DNA from: a bacterium
GTDB taxonomy: Bacteria > Patescibacteriota > Minisyncoccia > Phycocordibacterales > UBA918
Direction: 5' to 3'
NCBI GenBank assembly: GCA_043719295.1
Contig: JAYSUD010000012.1
Coordinates: 26,790 to 90,789, forward strand
Length of the DNA stretch: 64,000 nucleotides
In this document: piece by piece, positions 57,539 through 64,000 of the stretch
How the letters are laid out: the number at the start of each line of letters is the position of its first letter
How positions within the stretch are numbered: position 1 is the first letter of the stretch
Program-made: the position numbers and the translations under genes
Notes under the pieces: model-generated
Seen by the model: only the letters and a program-made list of their open reading frames with translations
Told to the model about the DNA's origin: nothing
The model's database searches: none

Positions 57539-57584
57539 AATTGCACTCGATTATGTGAGCCCTATGCAGCGTGAGTGATATACT

Positions 57585-58313
57585 TTGACTATGAAAAAGA
57601 AGCGTCCAAAAATGCATCCGTTTGTAGATGCTCTTGAAAACCCAAAGTCAAAATACTTTGTCCTTTCAAACGACGTACTTGCACTCGCTACAGTAGTTTC
57701 AGTATTTGCTATTGTGCTTGAGACCGTGCCCTCACTCTCTTCGTATCACACTGTCTACATCACCATTGAATATATTGCGACCGTTCTGTTTACTCTAGAA
57801 TACAGCGCCCGTTTTATTGGTGCCAAGCATAAACTCAAGTATATTTTCAGTTTCTTTGGACTCATTGATCTTCTCGCAATTGCGCCTACATACCTTGGTT
57901 TTGGAAATTACACATTCTTAAAAACAGTTCGTTCATTACGCATCGTTCGGCTTCTTCGAATCATTCGACTCACCCGAATGTCTAAGCTTAAAAAGAAAGA
58001 AGGAACTTCTTCTCTGTACGCACTTAACATCCAAATATATGCAATTACCCTCGGTACTGCTGTGCTGATTCTTGGAACACTGTTTTACATCTTTGAGGGT
58101 GATTACTCTTATGCACAGGACATCCCTTCAGGTATGTATTGGGTATTTAAAGCAATTATCGGTGGGGTCTCTTACCCACAACCAATAACAACGGGGGGTA
58201 CGGTAGTACTTATCCTCGCACGCTTCTCAAGCATGATTCTCTTAGGACTTATGATGAGCCTCGTTGCAACTATGATGCGCAAAATATTAATTGGTTCAGA
58301 GAAGGATTCTTAG
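57585..58313 (+). CDS. Voltage-gated-like ion channel family protein (ion_trans fold)
   Basis: S4-like segment RSLRIVRLLRIIRLTRMSKL with Arg at every third position. A pore-like region follows. Confidence 0.65.
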   Translation: MTMKKKRPKMHPFVDALENPKSKYFVLSNDVLALATVVSVFAIVLETVPSLSSYHTVYITIEYIATVLFTLEYSARFIGAKHKLKYIFSFFGLIDLLAIAPTYLGFGNYTFLKTVRSLRIVRLLRIIRLTRMSKLKKKEGTSSLYALNIQIYAITLGTAVLILGTLFYIFEGDYSYAQDIPSGMYWVFKAIIGGVSYPQPITTGGTVVLILARFSSMILLGLMMSLVATMMRKILIGSEKDS

Positions 58314-58493
58314 AAAACAACAATCACATCCGTACAGATGCGATTGTTATTTTTGTGCCCCTAGTCGGTACCGAAAAAATACCCAGAAAGCCCCACAAGG
58401 GTTTCCGAGTGACTCAGGTCGCTCTTTCTTGACCCCTCTTGGTAGTGTATAGATTTCCTCAATTAGCATATTTAGAATGGTATTATTAATAGG

Positions 58494-59291
58494 ATGGAAA
58501 CAGAATCTGACACCACAGAATTAGAACAAGAAAAGCAAAGGAATTTTGCAATTTTATATAAAAGCACACGATTTTCGAAATATCTCGCAATAGTATTATT
58601 TATCTCATCGCCATTTGCTGGTGGGTGGATTGGGTATACCTACGCACCAGAGAGAGTGATGGAGATAGGGAGGGCTGTTGAGCAGGCAGTGGAGACAGAT
58701 CTGAGCAGTGATGAAAGAAATAAGATTCTGATTAGAGAGAATTTGGCTAATGATTTAAAAATTAATCAAGGACAGGAACAATTTCCTCGTGTACTTGATG
58801 AACCTAATGGGTTTGACCCCTATGCTAATGACCCCAAAGCCAGAAACTTGAATATAAACGGCCTCTCATTTACCAATATTAGCAGAAGTCGTGCACTCAC
58901 GACTATCGATTTTGGTCTAAATAGATTTACAGACGAACAAGTTAATGTATCTGGAAACTTTGAATTATGGTTTGATCAGATGTTTGGAAAACTGGTTTTA
59001 CGATTTCTGCCAGATGATGAAACGCAGAGAATATTGCCTTGGCCTAGTACAAATTCTGACCCCTACGACAAGTATTTAGTCGTTATTAATGACACAGATT
59101 ATTCACTTGCAGACCTATGCGACAGTACTTGCGAGATTGAATTATCCAATTCTGAGGATCAAAGATTGATAACATATTCTGGGTCAGCAATGATTGAGTC
59201 TGTTACCCTAGAAATTCAGAATATAGGTGTAGATTCTTTTGGCTCAAGCATCAAGTTATACGAGATGGTTTTGGTTAAGAAGGAGATATAG
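58494..59291 (+). CDS. Hypothetical membrane-anchored protein
   Basis: N-terminal TM (YLAIVLFISSPFAGGWIGYTY) followed by a soluble domain. No motif recognised. Confidence 0.45.
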   Translation: METESDTTELEQEKQRNFAILYKSTRFSKYLAIVLFISSPFAGGWIGYTYAPERVMEIGRAVEQAVETDLSSDERNKILIRENLANDLKINQGQEQFPRVLDEPNGFDPYANDPKARNLNINGLSFTNISRSRALTTIDFGLNRFTDEQVNVSGNFELWFDQMFGKLVLRFLPDDETQRILPWPSTNSDPYDKYLVVINDTDYSLADLCDSTCEIELSNSEDQRLITYSGSAMIESVTLEIQNIGVDSFGSSIKLYEMVLVKKEI

Positions 59292-59369
59292 TGCCCTCGT
59301 TAGGACTTGAACATTACATGTTCAGTACACCTTTTGGATATTTTTCCTTCGTCAAAATATCTCAAAAGG

Positions 59370-59420
59370 TTTTCAAGTCCTGACGTAAAGCATAGAAATG
59401 CTTTACTTCCCGGGACAGGA
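59370..59420. repeat. Repeat B copy 1: inverted tRNA-Leu 3'-end-derived motif (TTCAAGTCCTG-[hairpin insert]-CCCGGGACAGG)
   Basis: On the plus strand it reads like the tRNA-Leu T-arm/acceptor 3' side with a 26-nt hairpin inserted. The second copy is at 59483-59530. Confidence 0.45.
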
Positions 59421-59435
59421 ATCTTTTTCTCTACG

Positions 59436-59484
59436 AGAACTGTACAGGTTGTCGATATTTTCTTTAAAAATATCAGACAACCTT
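59436..59484. repeat. Hairpin repeat family A, copy 3
   Basis: gagaactgtacaggttgtcgatattttctttaaaaatatcagacaacctt. Confidence 0.55.
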
Positions 59485-59530
59485 TTCAAGTCCTGACGTG
59501 ATGTGTCCCACACATCACTTCCCGGGCACA
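59483..59530. repeat. Repeat B copy 2
   Basis: ttttcaagtcctgacgtgatgtgtcccacacatcacttcccgggcaca. Confidence 0.45.
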
Positions 59531-59556
59531 AAAAAATCCCCGTAGGGATTTTATTT
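59530..59556 (-). terminator. Intrinsic terminator immediately after tRNA-Leu (minus strand)
   Basis: AAAAAAATCCCCGTAGGGATTTTATTT on plus. The minus-strand reading gives a hairpin and then a T-run. Confidence 0.55.
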
Positions 59557-59557
59557 G

Positions 59558-59639
59558 TGCCCGGGACAGGACTTGAACCTGCACACCTTTCGGCTTATCC
59601 ACCTCAAGGATAAATGTCTACCAATTTCAACACCCGGGC
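59558..59639 (-). tRNA. tRNA-Leu (GAG), long variable arm
   Basis: The revcomp gives GCCCGGGTGTTGAAATTGGTAGACA-TTTATCC-TTGAGGT-GGATAAG-(long var arm)-GCAGGTTCAAGTCCTGT-CCCGGGCA. The anticodon loop TTGAGGT gives GAG. 82 nt. Confidence 0.85.
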
Positions 59640-59695
59640 AATTACTCTTACGAGTTGAGCTATTATGCATTAAACTCTTCCAGTATTCAAGGAAA

Positions 59696-59728
59696 AGAAA
59701 AAATCCCCTTTCGGGGATTTTTCTTGTG
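59696..59728 (-). terminator. Intrinsic terminator after rplS (AAAAAATCCCCTTTCGGGGATTTTTC)
   Basis: Seen directly. Confidence 0.65.
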
Positions 59729-59745
59729 CTTTTTAAATTGTAGTA

Positions 59746-60381
59746 TTACGCTTCTTTCTTTTCATCTACTGCTTCAGTAACTTCTGCAACTTCACTTACT
59801 ACTTCTCCTTCTGGAGTTGCTTCCGTGACTTCTGCTTCTGTAGGAGCTTCTACAACTTCTGATTCAGCTACACTCACCTCAGCCTCTGCAATAGCCTTCT
59901 CAGCTTGAACTTTTGCTTCGAGCTCAGCTTGAATTGTTGCCTCAACTTCAGCTGCAATTTTTGCTTCTTCTGCAGCCTTAACTGCCTCTTCAGCTTGTGA
60001 CGTTGTAGAAAGTGAAACCAAACTCATTCGTCGCATTTGTCGCTTGATTTCTCGAGCCACCTTCTCTCGGATGTAATAGAGTTTTGCTCGACGTACCTTT
60101 GCTCGCTTAACAATTTCAATCTTGTCGATGTTTGGAGAATAGAGTGGATAGATTTTTTCAACTCCAACACCACTTGCCATCTTTCGAACCGTGAATGTAG
60201 CTCCGGGCTCGCTCCCGTGTTTACGAGCCAAAACTACTCCTTCAAAAATCTGAATACGAGTTTTACCCTTATCTTGAATCTTCTGGTGCACTTTAACCGT
60301 ATCTCCAGCTCTGATGCCAAGATTCTTTCGGTCGTCCATGTTTACTGGAGATATAACAATCCCCGTTAGTGTTGTGTTCAT
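59746..60381 (-). CDS. rplS: 50S ribosomal protein L19 with ~85-aa acidic Ala/Glu-rich C-terminal tail
   Basis: GDTVKVHQKIQDKGKTRIQIFEGVVLARKHG...PLYSPNIDKIEIV is the L19 core. The tail is EAVKAAEEAKIAAEVEATIQAELEAKVQAEKAIAEAEV... low complexity. Confidence 0.9.
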   Translation of the reverse strand: MNTTLTGIVISPVNMDDRKNLGIRAGDTVKVHQKIQDKGKTRIQIFEGVVLARKHGSEPGATFTVRKMASGVGVEKIYPLYSPNIDKIEIVKRAKVRRAKLYYIREKVAREIKRQMRRMSLVSLSTTSQAEEAVKAAEEAKIAAEVEATIQAELEAKVQAEKAIAEAEVSVAESEVVEAPTEAEVTEATPEGEVVSEVAEVTEAVDEKKEA

Positions 60382-60427
60382 ATAATTAAAAATAGCCCTT
60401 TAAAGCTCGGGTACTTTACCATAGGTA

Positions 60428-61168
60428 TCATCCCTCTGCAATACGTTCAGCAGCCTCTTCAAACGATTGTGGCAATGGCGCTATAAAACGCTCTGTCTGC
60501 CCTTCTCTAACTTCAAGCTCGAGTACATGGGCATGGAGCGCAAGTCTTTTAAATCCAAGATTATTTGAGCCCTCTACTTCATGTTTTGCGTAAAAGCTGT
60601 CCCCCACAATAGGTCGTCCTATCGCTTGTAAGTGGACACGAATCTGATGAGTACGGCCTGTTTGTGGCATGAGCTTCATGTACGAAAACGCTTCATCTTC
60701 ATAGCGACCTTCTCCAATACATTCCCAAAGCGTTATTGAGGGACGTAAAAGGCCTCGAGCACCATGTTGTGCTGAACGCATCCGATAGTCTTTTTTACTC
60801 CTCCCAATTGCTCTATCAATGGTTCCCCATCGTTCTCGAACCGCTCCATATACAAAAGCTCGATACTCTTTTTTTGCTAACCGATCGTGAAATTGCTTTT
60901 TAAGATGGGTAAATGAATCTTGATTCTTTGCCATGAGCATAATTCCTGAAGTATCTTTATCAAGTCGATGCACAACCCCCGACCGCTCAAGTTGCTCCCC
61001 TTTTTGTGAAAGCTGTACTTCTCCAACTCCTTTTGCTTCTGGAAGATACTGTAAAAACCAATCAACGACTGTTGGCTCAACTATGTGTCCCGTATTATGC
61101 ACCATCAAACCTTCTGGTTTGTTGATAACCAATACGTCCTTATCTTCAAAGAGAATTTCTATATCCAT
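60428..61168 (-). CDS. RluA-family pseudouridine synthase
   Basis: VLVINKPEGLMVH and catalytic HRLDKDTSGIMLMAK motifs. Confidence 0.85.
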   Translation of the reverse strand: MDIEILFEDKDVLVINKPEGLMVHNTGHIVEPTVVDWFLQYLPEAKGVGEVQLSQKGEQLERSGVVHRLDKDTSGIMLMAKNQDSFTHLKKQFHDRLAKKEYRAFVYGAVRERWGTIDRAIGRSKKDYRMRSAQHGARGLLRPSITLWECIGEGRYEDEAFSYMKLMPQTGRTHQIRVHLQAIGRPIVGDSFYAKHEVEGSNNLGFKRLALHAHVLELEVREGQTERFIAPLPQSFEEAAERIAEG

Positions 61169-61181
61169 ATATATTTACGTA

Positions 61182-61454
61182 TTAAAACTTGATTGAAAAA
61201 TCATCACCTATTTTCTTTGTGGTACGCCAGTCTACCGACACTCCTTCAACTTTTGCCTGTAATGAACCTTCACAGAGATATTCAACAAAGTCTTTAAGTT
61301 GATCTGGCAGTCCTTGTGCACACACTGCAACAGTCCCATCAGGTAGGTTTTGTACGTACCCAGTGATACCAAGAGTTGTGGCCGAAACTTGTACATAATC
61401 TCGATATCGAACATTCTGCACTTTCCCAGTCACAATGCAATAGATTTCAGTCAT
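61182..61454 (-). CDS. acyP: Acylphosphatase
   Basis: IVTGKVQNVRYRDYV and GYVQNLPDGTVAV motifs. 90 aa. Confidence 0.8.
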   Translation of the reverse strand: MTEIYCIVTGKVQNVRYRDYVQVSATTLGITGYVQNLPDGTVAVCAQGLPDQLKDFVEYLCEGSLQAKVEGVSVDWRTTKKIGDDFSIKF

Positions 61455-62113
61455 ATATTTTGTATTTCTTTTACTTTATCAAGCCAACCCATAAGTCGAA
61501 AGAAAAATTTTGTGTCATGAACATATATTTGTACAGTGCCATTGGGTAATGTATTCCTCTTATTTTTACTTGCACTACTTTTTTTCGAGTATGTCTTATA
61601 AAAATAATTTCTTGATATGCCAGATACCCCAGACCAATATGCTTCTGCTTTTTCGATATTACGATGCGAAAAAGTATGTACCTGACCACGAAATTTTTCT
61701 TCTGTTATTCCACCACATTCTCTAAAGAAACGCATCATCGTAGTAATTACTGCAGGATCACTGTTAGACAAACGAGCAGTCTGTTGAGTTTTTCCTCCTT
61801 CACCCCAATACAAAGCAACACCTATGCACCATAACATATTTTGTGAAAGCAGGGGCACTTCCAAAGAAGCTTCAGTCATTATTTTTTCTCTGCGCTTCTG
61901 CGTATTTGCAACTTTTGAAATTCGGCGTTTTTCAATAGCATCTATACTATGTCCATTTTTATTAAGTTTTGTGCGTTGTTTAGAAGTAAGTACAACATCA
62001 CGAACCCAACAACTAACACTACTTTTCGCAACACCTAAAATAGATGCAATCTCACCCATAGATTTACCACTCTTACGTAACATAATCGCATCATGTTGTT
62101 CTTTTGTCTTCAT
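61451..62113 (-). CDS. HTH-domain protein with C-terminal LAGLIDADG-like endonuclease-like region; 92 bp upstream of tRNA-Val
   Basis: N-terminal KSGKSMGEIASILGVAKSSVSCWVRDV (HTH). The central LWCIGVALYWGEGGKT resembles a single LAGLIDADG motif (L.G...GDG). The C-terminal Lys-rich region is typical of that fold's DNA-binding saddle. Confidence 0.4.
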   Translation of the reverse strand: MKTKEQHDAIMLRKSGKSMGEIASILGVAKSSVSCWVRDVVLTSKQRTKLNKNGHSIDAIEKRRISKVANTQKRREKIMTEASLEVPLLSQNMLWCIGVALYWGEGGKTQQTARLSNSDPAVITTMMRFFRECGGITEEKFRGQVHTFSHRNIEKAEAYWSGVSGISRNYFYKTYSKKSSASKNKRNTLPNGTVQIYVHDTKFFFRLMGWLDKVKEIQNI

Positions 62114-62205
62114 AACAGAAATTGTACTGTATATGTATTATATAGTCGTTCTGTTTTATAGACAACAGAGCACAAAGTGTATATACTGTCGGTCACAGAA
62201 GTTAC

Positions 62206-62278
62206 GCGCGATTAGCTCAGTTGGTAGAGCAATTCGTTTACACCGAAAAGGTCGGGGGTTCAAGTCCCTCATCGCGCA
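62206..62278 (+). tRNA. tRNA-Val (TAC)
   Basis: GCGCGAT-TA-GCTCAGTTGGTAGAGC-A-ATTCG-TTTACAC-CGAAA-AGGTC-GGGGGTTCAAGTCCCTC-ATCGCGC-A. Anticodon TAC. Confidence 0.85.
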
Positions 62279-62286
62279 CTTTTATG

Positions 62287-62317
62287 AAAAAGCTAAGCCT
62301 CGTGCTTAGTTTTTTTA
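62287..62317 (+). terminator. Intrinsic terminator after tRNA-Val (AAAAAGCTAAGCCTCGTGCTTAGTTTTTTT)
   Basis: Seen directly. A second terminator-like hairpin lies at 62446-62472 (AAAAACAGTCCCTGCGGACTGTTTTTT). Confidence 0.65.
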
Positions 62318-62410
62318 TAAACAGTCGCAAGAGACTTGAAAAGCTTTTGTGGAATTTTATGAGTGAAGCGAAATAAAATACCCAAAAGGTATACCGATTC
62401 AGTATGAATC

Positions 62411-62430
62411 AAGTCCCTCATCGCGCACAA
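62411..62430 (+). repeat. 20-nt direct copy of the tRNA-Val 3' end (TCAAGTCCCTCATCGCGCAC), 133 bp downstream of the tRNA
   Basis: Identical to 62260-62279, seen directly. A terminator-like hairpin follows it, as one follows the tRNA. Confidence 0.6.
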
Positions 62431-62661
62431 AACGTCAAGAAAAACAGTCCCTGCGGACTGTTTTTTAGTTTTGTGAAGCGGAGACATGTTTTGCTCTTTT
62501 CCAGAGCAAAACAGTCGAGCTGGGGCAGCTAAGTTCTTATGAACGTAGTGAATTAGAAACTTGCGCCAAAAGAAAATACTTTCGGTTCTTACCGAAGGTT
62601 TTTTTATGTAAGCAGAGAGGCGAGAAAAGGTTGACTGATACTTTCTGGATTTTACAAACAG

Positions 62662-62700
62662 AAATATCGACAACCTGTACTGAACATGTAATGTTCAGCT
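62662..62700. repeat. Hairpin repeat family A, partial copy 4, fused to the GTACTGAACATGTAATGTTCAGC hairpin (inverse copy at 59308-59334)
   Basis: aaatatcgacaacctgtactgaacatgtaatgttcagc. Plus-strand 59308-59336 reads gaacattacatgttcagtacacctttt. Confidence 0.5.
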
Positions 62701-62730
62701 CCCCTGTCCAATACATAAATCTTATACAAA

Positions 62731-63507
62731 TCACCCTCCCCCATTTACCAGCTTCGCAAAGTTCTTTAAAATTTTATTAGCTTCGAAACTTTCTTCAAAT
62801 ACATCTTGAGCCGAAACTCCTTCTGGTAAATACCCTGGAAATAATTCTGTACGTTCTGCTAAATCAGACAAGTTTAGCTCGGGGTGAAATTGGGTGCTGT
62901 AAATATTATTTTTGTATCGTAATGCTGATATGCAACAAGAATCTCCTCCTTCAACTAGAAGTACCGCACCCTTAGGGACTGAACTTAAGACATCTTTATG
63001 TACGTATTGTGCCTTGAATGTTTGAGGCACGTCATTAAAAAGGGGTGAGTTACATGCTTCCTCACAAAGCAATACTTCATGCGACTTTATTTTTTTCTGT
63101 TTACTATCACTGTGTACAACAACTCCAGCAAAAGCACCTAAAATTTGATGTCCAAAACAGATACCAAGCGTTGGCACATCATGAGTAAATATATAAAAAA
63201 AAAGTGGTCGTAATTGCTCAAGCAACACATACGAAGCATCACGAGCAGGATCATCTTTTGTACGACTCCCATCAAAATCAAAATCGCCCGAACCACCTAA
63301 AATAACTCCTCGATAAGGTGTCATAAGTTCTTCAGGCCTACCCCACTCTAGTGTTGTATCAAGAGCACTTACAAAAACTACTGCGACTTTAGTTCCAATT
63401 TCACGTGTGATACTCTTTTGCTCTAGCAAAGATGCGGTATTGCTCTTACGAAACTGTATACAGAGAATAGAAACCTTCATATTCTTGCAGTATACAATAG
63501 AACCCAC
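62731..63507 (-). CDS. Class I glutamine amidotransferase-like protein
   Basis: GICFGHQ (nucleophile Cys elbow) and FHPE (His/Glu) motifs. The likely start is the internal Met near 63480 (MKVSILCIQF). Confidence 0.7.
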   Translation of the reverse strand: MGSIVYCKNMKVSILCIQFRKSNTASLLEQKSITREIGTKVAVVFVSALDTTLEWGRPEELMTPYRGVILGGSGDFDFDGSRTKDDPARDASYVLLEQLRPLFFYIFTHDVPTLGICFGHQILGAFAGVVVHSDSKQKKIKSHEVLLCEEACNSPLFNDVPQTFKAQYVHKDVLSSVPKGAVLLVEGGDSCCISALRYKNNIYSTQFHPELNLSDLAERTELFPGYLPEGVSAQDVFEESFEANKILKNFAKLVNGGG

Positions 63508-63617
63508 ATAATCGTATCTGTGCTTTGCTTCAAACTAACGCTTCTACATACGGCATGTCTTGTTCCCACTTGTGGCTTTTTTTGCTATGCTACAGCACAA
63601 ATGAGAGCGCTCATTTT

Positions 63618-63689
63618 GCTTCGATAGTTAAATGGATATAACTGCGGACTTCTAAGCCGTTATTCTAGGTTCGATTCCTAGTCGAAGCA
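63618..63689 (+). tRNA. tRNA-Arg (TCT), probable
   Basis: GCTTCGA-TA-GTTAAATGGATATAAC-T-GCGGA-CTTCTAA-GCCGT-TATT-CTAGGTTCGATTCCTAG-TCGAAGC-A. The anticodon loop CTTCTAA is identical to canonical tRNA-Arg(UCU). There is one A31/G39 mismatch in the anticodon stem. Confidence 0.8.
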
Positions 63690-63702
63690 CAACATAATTA
63701 AA

Positions 63703-63993
63703 CTAATTTGCAAGTTGCGTTCCTTGTCCATTGAAATCAATCTTTGTAGTTGTAGCTTTATCAGTAACTTCATCAAGGATTAAGGTGCTATTGAGTGTTG
63801 ACGACGAGACGTCAAACACTACTGGCACACTCGTACTTTCGGTATTTTTAAGTGTAGTAAATGCCTCATTGCGAGACTGGTACAGTTTCAGCGCTTTTAG
63901 CACCAAGACTTGATTATAGAGTACATGCGTTTGACTAGCATTTGCTTCTTGTACAACAATGTTGGTGTATCGCAAAAATGTATACGTGCTCAA
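63703..63993 (-). CDS. Hypothetical protein (N-terminus may extend beyond the window edge)
   Basis: 96-aa Thr/Ser/Val-rich ORF. No motif recognised. Confidence 0.3.
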   Translation of the reverse strand: MSTYTFLRYTNIVVQEANASQTHVLYNQVLVLKALKLYQSRNEAFTTLKNTESTSVPVVFDVSSSTLNSTLILDEVTDKATTTKIDFNGQGTQLAN

Positions 63994-64000
63994 AGCTCCA

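Noticed and set aside
1-64000. CRISPR array search
   Set aside because: No regularly spaced direct repeats with unique spacers were found. The repeats seen are irregular hairpin-type dispersed elements.

Overview
This 64-kb window comes from a low-GC (about 40%) bacterium with a reduced, housekeeping-dense genome. Several traits resemble Candidate Phyla Radiation / Parcubacteria genomes: a type-2 IleRS, alpha2-type GlyRS, a secE-nusG-rplK cluster with no rplA after it, an L19 with an acidic low-complexity tail, and large membrane-anchored surface proteins. Most genes lie on the minus strand. Housekeeping content includes metG, glyQS, ileS, argS, glyA, nrdAB, mscL, secE-nusG-rplK and rplS. There is a thymidylate / nucleotide-sanitising cluster (MazG-like, two HIT-like proteins, thyA, dCMP deaminase with an N-terminal extension, a cytidylyltransferase-like protein, folA, Nudix). 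There are metal-homeostasis modules (Zur plus a ZIP transporter with a palindromic operator; CsoR plus a DoxX/MauE-like protein plus DUF305 with a GC-rich operator). Two divergent photolyase-family genes sit next to a DUF2805-like gene. Four tRNAs are present: His(GTG), Leu(GAG), Val(TAC) and Arg(TCT). The most unusual observations are these. (1) IleRS carries an in-frame ~180-aa histidine-phosphatase (RHG...H, PGAM-like) domain inserted between the conserved 'WG.P.PIW' and 'DCWFESG' segments. (2) Two copies of a ~140-nt structured element lie directly after the stop codons of unrelated genes; their central stems covary around a conserved 15-nt loop. (3) tRNA-His, -Val and -Leu are each followed at 130-190 bp by a short copy of their own 3' end; the one after tRNA-His closes a 160-nt structured element. 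A hairpin repeat family clusters around these tRNAs. (4) A T6-tract-frameshifted HNH endonuclease overlaps tRNA-His, and an HTH + LAGLIDADG-like gene abuts tRNA-Val. (5) There is a HEPN + unknown two-gene module. (6) A TrpR/YerC-like regulator is bracketed by two perfect palindromes sharing an 18-bp GTTAAC-centred core. No CRISPR array or rRNA was seen.
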